The translations under genes and the position numbers were made by a program. Shown here piece after piece: positions 27,701 to 43,703 of a DNA stretch of 64,000 nucleotides (positions are counted from its first letter, which is position 1; the number at the start of each line of letters is the position of its first letter). This DNA comes from Antedon mediterranea (lineage: Eukaryota > Animalia > Echinodermata). The stretch lies in assembly GCF_964355755.1 (NCBI RefSeq), contig NC_092675.1, forward strand, positions 13,015,812 through 13,079,811, in the 5' to 3' direction. Under the pieces are notes generated by a model. The model was not told the DNA's origin and ran no database searches. It saw only the letters and a program-made list of their open reading frames with translations.

Positions 27701-30700
27701 ATAGCTTCAAATCGTATTTGGAGACGTTTTAGACCATTTTGAGATTTTCGAAAAAACTTGGTTACACAAAAACATCAAAGTGCTTAAAATCACATTATAA
27801 ACCGTTTTAGACCATTTTGAACATTTCGATAACACTTTTCACACAAAAACATCAAAGAGCACAAAATAGCTTAATATCGTATTTAAAAACGTTTTAGACC
27901 ATTTTGAGCATTTCGACAAAACTTTTTCACACAAAACACCAAAGTGCTTAGAATAGCTTCAAATCGCATTTGGAGACGTTTTAGACCAATTTGTGCATTT
28001 CGATGAAACTTGATTACACAAAAACATCAACGTGCTTAAAATCACATTATAAACCGTTTTAGACCATTTTGAGCATTTCGATAACACTTTTCACACAAAA
28101 ACATCAAAGAGCACAAAATAGCTTAATATCGTATTTAAAAACGTTTTAGACCATTTTGAGCATTTAGACAAAACTTTTTCACACAAAACACCAAAGTGCT
28201 TAGAATAGCTTCAAATCGCATTTGGAGACGTTTTAGACCATTTTGTGCATTTCGATGAAACTTGGTTACACAAAAACATCAAAGTGCTTAAAATCACATT
28301 ATAAATCGTTTTAGACCATTTTGAGCATTTCGACAAAACTTTTTCACACCAAATACCAAAGGGCTTAGAATAGCTTCAAATCGCATTTGGAGACGTTTTA
28401 GACCATTTTGTGATTTTCGAAAAAACTTTTTAACATAAAAACACCAAAGTGCTTAGAATAGCTTCAAATCACATTTGGAGACGTTTTAGACCATTTTGTG
28501 ATTTTCGAAAAAACTTGTTAACATAAAAACACGAAAGTGCTTAGAATAGTTTCAAATCGCATTTGGAAACGTTTTAGACCATTTTGTGATTTTCGAAAAA
28601 AATTGTTAACATAAAAACACCAAAGTGCTTAGAATCACATTATAAACCGTTTTAGACCATTTTGAGCATTTCGATAACAATTTTCACACAAAAACATCAA
28701 AGAGCACAAAATAGCTTAATATCGTATTTAAAAATGTTTTAGACCATTTTGAGCATTTAGATAAAACTTTTTCACACAAAACACCAAAGTGCTTAGAATA
28801 GCTTCAAATCGCATTTGGAGACCTTTTAGACCATTTTGTGATTTTTGAAAAAACTTGTTAACATAAAAACACCAAAGTGCTTAGAATAGCTTCAAATCAC
28901 ATTTGGAGACGTTTTAGACCATTTTGTGATTTTCGAAAAAACTTGTTAACATAAAAACACGAAAGTGCTTAGAATAGCTTCAAATCGCATTTGGAAACGT
29001 TTTAGACCATTTTGTGATTTTCGAAAAAACTTGTTAACATAAAAACACGAAAGTGCTTAGAATAGCTTCAAATCGCATTTGGAAACGTTTTAGACCATTT
29101 TGTGATTTTCGAAAAAAATTGTTAACATAAAAACACCAAAGTGTTTAGAATAGCTTCAAATCGCATTTGGAGACGTTTTAGACCAATTTGTGATTTTCGA
29201 AAAAACTTATCAACATAAAAACACCAAAGGGATTAGAATAGCTTCAAATCGCATTTGGAGACGTTTTAGACCATTTTGTGATTTTGAAAAAACTTGTTAA
29301 CATAAAAACACCAAAGTGCTTAGAATAGCTTCAAATCGCATTTGGAGACGTTTTAGACCATTTTGTGATTTTCGAAAAAACTTGTTAACATAAAAACACC
29401 AAAGTGCTTAGAATAGCTTCAAATCGTATTTGGAGACGTTTTAGACTATTTTGAGATTTTCGAAAAAACTTGGTTACACAAAAACATCAAAGTGCTTAAA
29501 ATCACATTATAAACCGTTTTAGACCATTTTGAGCATTTCGATAACACTTTTCACACAAAAACATCAAAGAGCACAAAATAGCTTAATATCGTATTTAAAA
29601 ACGTTTTAGACCATTTTGAGCAATTCGACAAAACTTTTTCACACAAAACACCAAAGTGCTTAGAATAGCTTCAAATCGCATTTGGAGACGTTTTAGACCA
29701 ATTTGTGCATTTCGATGAAACTTGATTACACAAAAACATCAAAGTGCTTAAAATCACATTATAAACCGTTTTAGACCATTTTGAGCATTTCGATAACACT
29801 TTTCACACAAAAACATCAAAGAGCACAAAATAGCTTAATATCGTATTTAAAAACGTTTTAGACCATTTTGAGCATTTAGACAAAACTTTTTCACACAAAA
29901 CTCCAAAGTGCTTAGAATAGCTTCAAATCGTATTTGGAGACGTTTTAGACCATTTTGTGCATTTCGATGAAACTTGGTTACACAAAAACATCAAAGTGCT
30001 TAAAATCACATTATAAATCGTTTTAGACCATTTTGAGCATTTCGACAAAACTTTTTCACACAAAATACCAAAGTGCTTAGAATAGCTTTAAATCGCATTT
30101 GGAGACGTTTTAGACCATTTTGTGATTTTCGAAAAAACTTTTTAACATAAAAACACCAAAGTGCTTAGAATAGCTTCAAATCACATTTGGAGACGTTTTA
30201 GACCATAAGTGCTTAGAATCACATTATAAACCGTTTTAGACCATTTTGAGCATTTCGATAACAATTTTCACACAAAAACATCAAAGAGCACAAAATAGCT
30301 TAATATCGTATTTAAAAATGTTTTAGACCATTTTGAGCATTTAGATAAAACTTTTTCACACAAAACACCAAAGTGCTTAGAATAGCTTCAAATCGCATTT
30401 GGAGACGTTTTAGACCATTTTTTGATTTTTGAAAAAACTTGTTAACATAAAAACACCAAAGTGCTTAGAATAGCTTCAAATCACATTTGGAGATGTTTTA
30501 GACCATTTTGTGATTTTTGAAAAAACTTGTTAACATAAAAACACGAAAGTGCTTAGAATAGCTTCAAATCACATTTGGAGACGTTTTAGACCATTTTGTG
30601 ATTTTCGAAAAAACTTGTTAACATAAAAACACGAAAGTGCTTAGAATAGCTTCAAATCGCATTTGGAAACGTTTTAGACCATTTTGTGATTTTCGAAAAA

Positions 30701-33700
30701 GATTGTTAACATAAAAACACCAATGTGCTTAGAATCACATTATAAACCGTTTTAGACCATTTTGAGCATTTCGATAACAATTTTCACACAAAAACATCAA
30801 AGAGCACAAAATAGCTTAATATCGTATTTATAAATGTTTTAGACCATTTTGAGCATTTCGACAAAACTTTTTCACACAAAACACCAAAGTGCTTAGAATA
30901 GCTTCAAATCGCATTTGGAGACGTTTTAGACCATTTTGTGATTTTTGAAAAAACTTGTTAACATAAAAACACCAAAGTGCTTAGAATAGCTTCAAATCAC
31001 ATTTGGAGATGTTTTAGACCATTTTGTGATTTTTGAAAAAACTTGTTAACATAAAAACACGAAAGTGCTTAGAATAGCTTCAAATCACATTTGGAGACGT
31101 TTTAGACCATTTTGTGATTTTTGAAAAAACTTGTTAACATAAAAACACGAAAGTGCTTAGAATAGCTTCAAATCGCATTTGGAAACGTTTTAGACCATTT
31201 TGTGATTTTCGAAAAAGATTGTTAACATAAAAACACTAATGTGCTTAGAATCACATTATAAACCGTTTTAGACCATTTTGAGCATTTCGATAACAATTTT
31301 CACACAAAAACATCAAAGAGCACAAAATAACTTAATATCGTATTTATAAATGTTTTAGACCATTTTGAGCATTTCGACAAAACTTTTTCACACAAAACAC
31401 CAAAGTGCTTAGAATAGCTTCAAATCGCATTTGGAGACGTTTTAGACCATTTTGTGATTTCGATGAAACTTGATTACACAAAAACATCAAAGTGCTTAAA
31501 ATCACATTATAAACCATTTTAGACCATTTTGAGCATTTCGATAACACTTTTCACACAAAAACATCAAAGAGCAAAAAATAGCTTAATATCGTATTTAAAA
31601 ACGTTTTAGACCATTTTGAGCATTTAGACAAAACTTTTTCACACAAAACACCAAAGTGCTTAGAATAGCTTCAAATCGCATTTGGAGACGTTTTAGAACA
31701 TTTTGTGTTTTTCGAAAAAAACTGGTAACATAAAAACACCAAAGTGCTTAGAATAGCTTCAAATCGCATTTGGAGACGTTTTAGAACATTTTGTGTTCTT
31801 CGAAAAAACCTGTTAACATAAAAACACCAAAGTGCTTAGAATAGCTTCAAATCGCATTTGGAGACGTTTTAGACCATTTTGTGATTTTTGAAAAAACTTG
31901 TTAACATAAAAACACCAAAGTGCTTAGAATAGCTTCAAATCACATTTGGAGACGTTTTAGACCATTTTGTGATTTTCGAAAAAACTTGTTAACATAAAAA
32001 CACCAAAGTGCTTAGAATAGCGTCAAATCGTATTTGGAGACGTTTTAGACCATTTTGTGATTTTCGAAAAAACTTGTTAACATAAAAACACCAAAGTGCT
32101 TAGAATAGCTTCAAATCGCATTTGGAGACGGTTTAGACCATTTTATGATTTTGAAAAAACTTGTTAACATAAAAACACCAAAGTGCTTAGAATAGCTTCA
32201 AATCGCATTTGGAGACGTTTTAGACCATTTTGTGATTTTCGAAAAAACTTGTTAACATAAAAACACCAAAGTGCTTAGAATAGCTTCAAATCGTATTTGG
32301 AGACGTTTTAGACCATTTTGAGATTTTCGAAAAAACTTGGTTACACAAAAACATCAAAGTGCTTAAAATCACATTATAAACCGTTTTAGACCATTTTGAG
32401 CATTTCGATAACACTTTTCACACAAAAACATCAAAGAGCACAAAATAGCTTAATATCGTATTTAAAAACGTTTTAGACCATTTTGAGCATTTCGACAAAA
32501 CTTTTTCACACAAAACACCAAAGTGCTTAGAATAGCTTCAAATCGCATTTGGAGACGTTTTAGACCAATTTGTGCATTTCGATGAAACTTGATTACACAA
32601 AAACATCAAAGTGCTTAAAATCACATTATAAACCGTTTTAGAACATTTTGAGCATTTCGATAACACTTTTCACACAAAAACATCAAAGAGCACAAAATAG
32701 CTTAATATCGTATTTAAAAACGTTTTAGACCATTTTGAGCATTTAGACAAAACTTTTTCACACAAAACACCAAAGTGCTTAGAATAGCTTCAAATCGCAT
32801 TTGGAGACGTTTTAGACCATTTTGTGATTTTTGAAAAAACTTGTTAACATAAAAACACCAAAGTGCTTAGAATAGCTTCAAATCACATTTGGAGACGTTT
32901 TAGACCATTTTGTGATTTTCGAAAAAACTTGTTAACATAAAAACACGAAAGTGCTTAGAATAGCTTCAAATCGCATTTGGAAACGTTTTAGACCATTTTG
33001 TGATTTTCGAAAAAACTTGTTAACATAAAAACACGAAAGTGCTTAGAATCACATTATAAACCGTTTTAGACCATTTTGAGCATTTCGATAACAATTTTCA
33101 CACAAAAACATCAAAGAGCACAAAATAGCTTAATATCGTATTTAAAAATGTTTTAGACCATTTTGAGCATTTAGATAAAACTTTTTCACACAAAACACCA
33201 AAGTGCTTAGAATAGCTTCAAATCGCATTTGGAGACGTTTTAGACCATTTTGTGATTTTCGAAAAAACTTGTTAACATAAAAACACGAAAGTGCTTAGAA
33301 TAGCTTCAAATCGCATTTGGAAACGTTTTAGACCATTTTGTGATTTTCGAAAAAAATTGTTAACATAAAAACACCAAAGTGTTTAGAATAGCTTCAAATC
33401 GCATTTGGAGACGTTTTAGACCAATTTGTGATTTTCGAAAAAACTTATCAACATAAAAACACCAAAGGGTTTAGAATAGCTTCAAATCGCATTTGGAGAC
33501 GTTTTAGACCATTTTGTGATTTTGAAAAAACTTGTTAACATAAAAACACCAAAGTGCTTAGAATAGCTTCAAATCGCATTTGGAGACGTTTTAGACCATT
33601 TTGTGATTTTCGAAAAAACTTGTTAACATAAAAACACCAAAGTGCTTAGAATAGCTTCAAATCGTATTTGGAGACGTTTTAGACCATTTTGAGATTTTCG

Positions 33701-36700
33701 AAAAAACTTGGTTACACAAAAACATCAAAGTGCTTAAAATCACATTATAAACCGTTTTAGACCATTTTGAGCATTTCGGTAACACTTTTCACACAAAAAC
33801 ATCAAAGAGCACAAAATAGCTTAATATCGTATTTAAAAAGGTTTTAGACCATTTTGAGCATTTAGACAAAACTTTTTCACACAAAACACCAAAGTGCTTA
33901 GAATAGCTTCAAATCGCATTTGGAGACGTTTTAGACCATTTTGTGCATTTCGATGAAACTTGGTTACACAAAAACATCAAAGTGCTTAAAATCACATTAT
34001 AAATCGTTTTAGACCATTTTGAGCATTTCGACAAAACTTTTTCACACAAAATACCAAAGTGCTTAGAATAGCTTCAAATCGCATTTGGAGACGTTTTAGA
34101 CCATTTTGTGATTTTTGAAAAAACTTGTTAACATAAAAACACAAAAGTGCTTAGAATAGCTTCAAATCACATTTGGAGACGTTCTAGACCATTTTGTGAT
34201 TTTCGAAAAAACTTGTTAACATAAAAACACGAAAGTGCTTAGAATAGCTTCAAATCGCATTTGGAAACGTTTTAGACCATTTTGTGATTTTCGAAAAAAC
34301 TTGTTAACATAAAAACATGAAAGTGCTTAGAATAGCTTCAAATCGTATTTGGAGACGTTTTAGACCATTTTGTGATTTTCGAAAAAACTTGTTAACATAA
34401 AAACACCAATGTGCTTAGAAAAGCTTCAAATCGCATTTTGAGACGTTTTAGACCATTTTGTGCATTTCGATGAAACTTGGTTACACAAAAACATCAAAGT
34501 GCTTAAAATCACATTATAAACCATTTTAGACCATTTTGAGCATTTCGATAACACTTTTCACACAAAAACATCAAAGAGCACAAAATAGCTTAATATCGTA
34601 TTTAAAAACGTTTTAGACCATTTTGAGCATTTCGACAAAACTTTTTCACACAAAACACCAAAGTGCTTAGAATAGCTTCAAATCGCATTTGGAGACGTTT
34701 TAGACCATTTTGTGATTTTCGAAAAAACTTGTTAACATAAAAACATCAAAGTGTACAGAATAACTTCAAATCGCATTTGGAGACCGTTTTAGGCCAATTT
34801 GTGATTTTCGAAAAAACTTGTTAACCTAAAAACACCAAAGTGTTTAGAATAGCTTCAAATCGCATTTGGAGACGTTTTAGACCATTTTGTGATTTTCGAA
34901 AAAACTTGTTAACATAAAAACACCAAAGGGCTTCAAATCGCATTTGGAGACATTTTAGACCAATTTGTGATTTTTGAAAAAACTTGTTAACATAAAAACA
35001 CCAAAGTGCATACAATAGCTTCAAATCGTATTTGGAGACGTTTTAGACCATTTTGTGATTTTCGAAAAAACGTGTTAACATAAAAACACCAAAGTACTTA
35101 GAATAGCTTCAAATCGCATTTGGAGACGTTTTAGACCATTTTATGCATTTCGATGAAACTTGGTTACACAAAAACATCAATGTGCTTAAAATCACATTAT
35201 AATCCGTTTTAGACCATTTTGAGCATTTCGATAACACTTTTCACACAAAAACATCAAAGAGCACAAAATAGCTTAATATCGTATTTAAAAACGTTTTAGA
35301 CCATTTTGAGCATTTAGACAAAACTTTTTCACACAAAACACCAAAGTGTTTAGAATAGCTTCAAATCGCATTTGGAGACGTTTTAGACCATTTTGTGATT
35401 TTCGAAAAAACTTGTTAACATAAAAACACCAAAGTGCTTCAAATCGCATTTGAGACATTTTAGACCAATTTGTGATTTTTGAAAAAACTTGTTAACATAA
35501 AAACACCAAAGTGCTTACAATAGCTTCAAATCGTATTTGGAGACGTTTTAGACCATTTTGTGATTTTCGAAAAAACTTGTTAACATAAAAACACCAAAGT
35601 ACTTAGAATAGCTTCAAATCGCATTTGGAGACGTTTTAGACCATTTTATGCATTTCGATGAAACTTGGTTACACAAAAACATCAAAGTGCTTAAAATCAC
35701 ATTATAATCCGTTTTAGACCATTTTGAGCATTTCGATAACACTTTTCACACAAAAACATCAAAGAGCACAAAATAGCTTAATATCGTATTTAAAAACTTT
35801 TTAGACCATTTTGAGCATTTCGACAAAACTTTTTCACACAAAACACCAAAGTGCTTAGAATAGCTTCAAATCGCATTTGGAGACGTTTTAGACCATTTTG
35901 TGATTTTCGAAAAAAATTGTTAACATAAAAACATCAAAGTGTACAGAATAGCTTCAAATCGCATTTGGAGACCGTTTTAGGCCAATTTGTGATTTTCGAA
36001 AAAACTTGTTAACCTAAAAATACCAAAGTGTTTAGAATAGCTTCAAATCGCATTTGGAGACGTTTTAGACCATTTTGTGATTTTCGAAAAAACTTGTTAA
36101 CATAAAAACACCAAAGTGCTTAGAATAGCTTCAAATCACATTTGGAGACGTTTTAGACCATAAGTGCTTAGAATCACATTATAAACCGTTTTAGACCATT
36201 TTGAGCATTTCGATAACAATTTTCACACAAAAACATCAAAGAGCACAAAATAGCCTAATATCGTATTTAAAAATGTTTTAGACCATTTTGAGCATTTAGA
36301 TAAAACTTTTTCACACAAAACACCAAAGTGCTTAGAATAGCTTCAAATCGCATTTGGAGACGTTTTAGACCATTTTGTGATTTTTGAAAAAACTTGTTAA
36401 CATAAAAACACCAAAGTGCCTAGAATAGCTTCAAATCACATTTGGAGACGTTTTAGACCATTTTGTGATTTTCGAAAAAACTTGTTAACATAAAAACACG
36501 AAAGTGCTTAGAATAGCTTCAAATCGCATTTGGAAACGTTTTAGACCATTTAGTGATTTTCGAAAAAACTTGTTAACATAAAAACACGAAAGTGCTTAGA
36601 ATAGCTTCAAATCTCATTTGGAAACGTTTTAGACCATTTTGTGATTTTCGAAAAAAATTGTTAACATAAAAACACCAAAGTGTTTAGAATAGCTTCAAAT

Positions 36701-39700
36701 CGCATTTGGAGACGTTTTAGACCAATTTGTGATTTTCGAAAAAACTTATCAACATAAAAACACCAAAGGGTTTAGAATAGCTTCAAATCGCATTTGGAGA
36801 CGTTTTAGACCATTTTGTGATTTTCGAAAAAACTTGTTAACATAAAAACACGAAAGTGCTTAGAATAGCTTCAAATCGCATTTGGAAACGTTTTAGACCA
36901 TTTTGTGATTTTCGAAAAAACTTGTTAACATAAAAACATGAAAGTGCTTAGAATAGCTTCAAATCGTATTTGGAGACGTTTTAGACCATTTTGTGATTTT
37001 CGAAAAAACTTGTTAACATAAAAACACCAATGTGCTTAGAATAGCTTCAAATCGCATTTTGAGACGTTTTAGACCATTTTGTGCATTTCGATGAAACTTG
37101 GTTACACAAAAACATCAAAGTGCTTAAAATCACATTATAAACCATTTTAGACCATTTTGAGCATTTCGATAACACTTTTCACACAAAAACATCAAAGAGC
37201 ACAAAATAGCTTAATATCGTATTTAAAAACGTTTTAGACCATTTTGAGCATTTCGACAAAACTTTTTCACACAAAACACCAAAGTGCTTAGAATAGCTTC
37301 AAATCGCATTTGGAGACGTTTTAGACCATTTTGTGATTTTCGAAAAAACTTGTTAACATAAAAACATCAAAGTGTACAGAATAACTTCAAATCGCATTTG
37401 GAGACCGTTTTAGGCCAATTTGTGATTTTCGAAAAAACTTGTTAACCTAAAAATATCAAAGTGTTTAGAATAGCTTCAAATCGCATTTGGAGACGTTTTA
37501 GACCATTTTGTGATTTTCGAAAAAACTTGTTAACATAAAAACACCAAAGTGCTTCAAATCGCATTTGGAGACATTTTAGACCAATTTGTGATTTTTGAAA
37601 AAACTTGTTAACATAAAAACACCAAAGTGCTTACAATAGCTTCAAATCGTATTTGGAGACGTTTTAGACCATTTTGTGATTTTCGAAAAAACTTGTTAAC
37701 ATAAAAACACCAAAGTACTTAGAATAGCTTCAAATCGCATTTGGAGACGTTTTAGACCATTTTATGCATTTCGATGAAACTTGGTTACACAAAAACATCA
37801 ATGTGCTTAAAATCACATTATAATCCGTTTTAGACCATTTTGAGCATTTCGATAACACTTTTCACACAAAAACATCAAAGAGCACAAAATAGCTTAATAT
37901 CGTATTTAAAAACTTTTTAAACCATTTTGAGCATTTCGACAAAACTTTTTCACACAAAACACCAAAGTGCTTAGAATAGCTTCAAATCGCATTTGGAGAC
38001 GTTTTAGACCATTTTGTGATTTTCGAAAAAAATTGTTAACATAAAAACATCAAAGTGTACAGAATAGCTTCAAATCGCATTTGGAGACCGTTTTAGGCCA
38101 ATTTGTGATTTTCGAAAAAACTTGTTAACCTAAAAATACCAAAGTGTTTAGAATAGCTTCAAATCGCATTTGGAGACGTTTTAGACCATTTTGTGATTTT
38201 CGAAAAAACTTGTTAACATAAAAACACCAAAGTGCTTAGAATAGCTTCAAATCGCATTTGGAGACATTTTAGACCAATTTGTGATTTTCTAAAAAACTTA
38301 TCAACATAAAAACACCAAAGGGTTTAGAATATCTTCAAATCGCATTTGGAGACGTTTTAGACCATTTTGTGATTTTCGAAAAAACTTGTTAACATAAAAA
38401 CACCAAAGTGCTTAGAATAGCTTCAAATCGCATTTGGAGACGTTTTAGACCAATTTGTGATTTTCGAAAAAACTTATCAACATAAAAACACCAAAGGGTT
38501 TAGAATAGCTTCATTTGGAGACGTTTTAGACCATTTTGTGATTTTGAAAAAACTTGTTAACATAAAAACACCAAAGTGCTTAGAATAGCTTCAAATCGCA
38601 TTTGGAGACGTTTTAGACCATTTTGTGATTTTCGAAAAAACTTGTTAACATAAAAACACCAAAGTGCTTAGAATAGCTTCAAATCGTATTTGGAGACGTT
38701 TTAGACCATTTTGAGATTTTCGAAAAAACTTGGTTACACAAAAACATCAAAGTGCTTAAAATCACATTATAAACCGTTTTAGACCATTTTGAGCATTTCG
38801 ATAACACTTTTCACACAAAAACATCAAAGAGCACAAAATAGCTTAATATCGTATTTAAAAACGTTTTAGACCATTTTGAGAATTTAGACAAAACTTTTTC
38901 ACACAAAACACCAAAGTGCTTAGAATAGCTTCAAATCGCATTTGGATACGTTTTAGAACATTTTGGGTTTTTCGAAAAAAACTGTTAACATAAAAACACC
39001 AAAGTGCTTAGAATAGCTTCAAATCGCATTTGGAGACGTTTTAGAACATTTTGTGTTCTTCGAAAAAACCTGTTAACATAAAAACACAAAAAGTGCTTAG
39101 AATAGCTTCAAATCGCATTTGGAGACGTTTTAGACCATTTTGTGATTTTTGAAAAAACTTGTTAACATGAAAACACCAAAGTGCTTAGAATAGCTTCAAA
39201 TCACATTTGGAGACGTTTTAGACCATTTTGTGATTTTCGAAAAAACTTGTTAACATAAAAACACGAAAGTGGTTAGAATAGCTTCAAATCGCATTTGGAA
39301 ACGTTTTAGACCATTTTGTGATTTTCGAAAAAGATTGTTAACATAAAAACACCAAAGTGCTTAGAATCACAATATAAACCGTTTTAGACCATTTTGAGCA
39401 TTTCGATAACAATTTTCACACAAAAACATCAAAGAGCACAAAATAGCTTAATATCGTATTTAAAAATGTTTTAGACCATTTTGAGCATTTGGATAAAACT
39501 TTTTCACACAAAACACCAAAGTGCTTAGAATAGCTTCAAATCGCATTTGGAGACGGTTTAGACCATTTTGTGATTTTGAAAAAACTTGTTAACATAAAAA
39601 CACCAAAGTGCTTAGAATAGCTTCAAATCGCATTTGGAGACGTTTTAGACCATTTTGTGATTTTCGAAAGAACTTGTTAACATAAAAACACCAAAGTGCT

Positions 39701-42700
39701 TAGAATAGCTTCAAATCGTATTTGGAGACGTTTTAGACCATTTTGAGATTTTCGAAAAAACTTGGTTACACAAAAACATCAAAGTGCTTAAAATCACATT
39801 ATAGACCGTTTTAGACCATTTTGAACATTTCGATAACACTTTTCACACAAAAACATCAAAGAGCACAAAATAGCTTAATATCGTATTTAAAAACGTTTTA
39901 GACCATTTTGAGCATTTCGACAAAACTTTTTCACACAAAACACCAAAGTGCTTAGAATAGCTTCAAATCGCATTTGGAGACGTTTTAGACCAATTTGTGC
40001 ATTTCGATGAAACTTGATTACACAAAAACATCAACGTGCTTAAAATGACATTATAAACCGTTTTAGACCATTTTGAGCATTTCGATAACACTTTTCACAC
40101 AAAAACATCAAAGAGCACAAAATAGCTTAATATCGTATTTAAAAACGTTTTAGACCATTTTGAGCATTTAGACAAAACTTTTTCACACAAAACACCAAAG
40201 TGCTTAGAATAGCTTCAAATCGCATTTGGAGACGTTTTAGACCATTTTGTGATTTTTGAAAAAACTTGTTAACATAAAAACACCAAAGTGCTTAGAATAG
40301 CTTCAAATCACATTTGGAGACGTTTTAGACCATTTTGTGATTTTCGAAAAAACTTGTTAACATAAAAACACCAAAGTGCTTAGAATAGCTTCAAATCGTA
40401 TTTGGAGACGTTTTAGACCATTTTGTGATTTTGAAAAAACTTGGTTACACAAAAACATCAAAGTGCTTAAAATCACATTATAAACCGTTTTAGACCATTT
40501 TGAACATTTCGATAACACTTTTCACACAAAAACATCAAAGAGCACAAAATAGCTTAATATCGTATTTAAAAACGTTTTAGACCATTTTGAGCATTTCGAC
40601 AAAACTTTTTCACACAAAACACCAAAGTGCTTAGAATAGCTTCAAATCGCATTTGGAGACGTTTTAGACCAATTTGTGCATTTCGATGAAACTTGATTAC
40701 ACAAAAACATCAAAGTGCTTAAAATCACATTATAAACCGTTTTAGACCATTTTGAGCATTTCGATAACACTTTTCACACAAAAACATCAAAGAGCACAAA
40801 ATAGCTTAATATCGTATTTAAAAACGTTTTAGACCATTTTGAGCATTTAGACAAAACTTTTTCAGACAAAACACCAAAGTGCTTAGAATAGCTTCAAATC
40901 GCATTTGGAGACGTTTTAGACCATTTTGTGCATTTCGATGAAACTTGGTTACACAAAAACATCAAAGTGCTTAAAATCACATTATAAATCGTTTTAGACC
41001 ATTTTGAGCATTTCGACAAAACTTTTTCACACAAAATACCAAAGTGCTTAGAATAGCTTCAAATCGCATTTGGAGACGTTTTAGACCATTTTGTGATTTT
41101 CGAAAAAACTTTTTAACATAAAAACACCAAAGTGCTTAGAATAGCTTCAAATCACATTTGGAGACATTTTAGACCATAAGTGCTTAGAATCACATTATAA
41201 ACCGTTTTAGACCATTTTGAGCATTTCGATAACAATTTTCACACAAAAACATCAAAGAGCACAAAATAGCTTAATATCGTATTTAAAAATGTTTTAGACC
41301 ATTTTGAGCATTTAGATAAAACTTTTTCACACAAAACACCAAAGTGCTTAGAATAGCTTCAAATCGCATTTGGAGACGTTTTAGACCAATTTGTGATTTT
41401 TGAAAAAACTTGTTAACATAAAAACACCAAAGTGCTTAGAATAGCTTCAAATCACATTTGGAGACGTTTTAGACCATTTTGTGATTTTGAACAAACTTGT
41501 TAACATAAAAACACCAAAGTGCTTAGAATAGCTTCAAATCGTATTTGGAGACGTTTTAGACCATTTTGAGATTTTCGAAAAAACTTGGTTACACAAAAAC
41601 ATCAAAGTGCTTAAAATCACATTATAAACCGTTTTAGACCATTTTGAGCATTTCGATAACACTTTTCACACAAAAACATCAAAGAGCACAAAATAGCTTA
41701 ATATCGTATTTAAAAACGTTTTAGACCATTTTGAGCATTTCGACAAAACTTTTTCACACAAAACACCAAAGTGCTTAGAATAGCTTCAAATCGCATTTGG
41801 AGACGTTTTAGACCAATTTGTGCATTTCGATGAAACTTGATTACACAAAAACATCAAAGTGCTTAAAATCACATTATAAACCGTTTTAGACCATTTTGAG
41901 CATTTCGATAACACTTTTCACACAAAAACATCAAAGAGCACAAAATAGCTTAATATCGTATTTAAAAACGTTTTAGACCATTTTGAGCATTTAGACAAAA
42001 CTTTTTCACACAAAACACCAAAGTGCTTAGAATAGCTTCAAATCGCATTTGGAGACGTTTTAGACCATTTTGTGCATTTCGATGAAACTTGGTTACACAA
42101 AAACATCAAAGTGCTTAAAATCACATTATAAATCGTTTTAGACCATTTTGTGATTTTCGAAAAAACTTTTTAACATAAAAACACCAAAGTGCTTAGAATA
42201 GCTTCAAATCACATTTGGAGACATTTTAGACCATTTTGTGATTTTCGAAAAAACTTGTTAACATAAAAACACGAAAGTGCTTAGAATAGCTTCAAATCGC
42301 ATTTGGAAACGTTTTAGACCATTTTGTGATTTTCGAAAAAACTTGTTAACATAAAAACACGAAAGTGCTTAGAATCACATTATAAACCGTTTTAGACCAT
42401 TTTGAGCATTTCGATAACAATTTTCACACAAAAACATCAAAGAGCACAAAATAGCTTAATATCGTATTTAAAAATGTTTTAGACCATTTTGAGCATTTAG
42501 ATAAAACTTTTTCACACAAAACACCAAAGTGCTTAGAATAGCTTCAAATCGCATTTGGAGACGTTTTAGACCATTTTGTGATTTTTGAAAAAACTTGTTA
42601 ACATAAAAATACCAAAGTGCTTAGAATAGCTTCAAATCACATTTGGAGATGTTTTAGACCATTTTGTGATTTTTGAAAAAACTTGTTAACATAAAAACAC

Positions 42701-43703
42701 CAAAGTGCTTAGAATAGCTTCAAATCACATTTGGAGACGTTTTAGACCATTTTGTGATTTTCGAAAAAACTTGTTAACATAAAAACACGAAAGTGCTTAG
42801 AATAGCTTCAAATCGCATTTGGAAACGTTTTAGACCATTTTGTGATTTTCAAAAAAGATTGTTAACATAAAAACACCAAAGTGCTTAGAATCACAATATA
42901 AACCGTTTTAGACCATTTTGAGCATTTCGATAACAATTTTCACACAAAAACATCAAAGAGCACAAAATAGCTTAATATCGTATTTAAAAATGTTTTAGAC
43001 CATTTTGAGCATTTAGATAAAACTTTTTCACACAAAACACCAAAGTGCTTAGAATAGCTTCAAATCGCATTTGGAGACGGTTTAGACCATTTTGTGATTT
43101 TGAAAAAACTTGTTAACATAAAAACACCAAAGTGCTTAGAATAGCTTCAAATCGTATTTGGAGACGTTTTAGACCATTTTGAGATTTTCGAAAAAACTTG
43201 GTTACACAAAAACATCAAAGTGCTTAAAATCACATTATAAACCGTTTTAGACCATTTTGAACATTTCGATAACACTTTTCACACAAAAACATCAAAGAGC
43301 ACAAAATAGCTTAATATCGTATTTAAAAACGTTTTAGACCATTTTGAGCATTTCGACAAAACTTTTTCACACAAAACACCAAAGTGCTTAGAATAGCTTC
43401 AAATCGCATTTGGAGACGTTTTAGACCAATTTGTGCATTTCGATGAAACTTGATTACACAAAAACATCAACGTGCTTAAAATCACATTATAAACCGTTTT
43501 AGACCATTTTGAGCATTTCGATAACACTTTTCACACAAAAACATCAAAGAGCACAAAATAGCTTAATATCGTATTTAAAAACGTTTTAGACCATTTTGAG
43601 CATTTAGACAAAACTTTTTCACACAAAACACCAAAGTGCTTAGAATAGCTTCAAATCGCATTTGGAGACGTTTTAGACCATTTTGTGCATTTCGATGAAA
43701 CTT

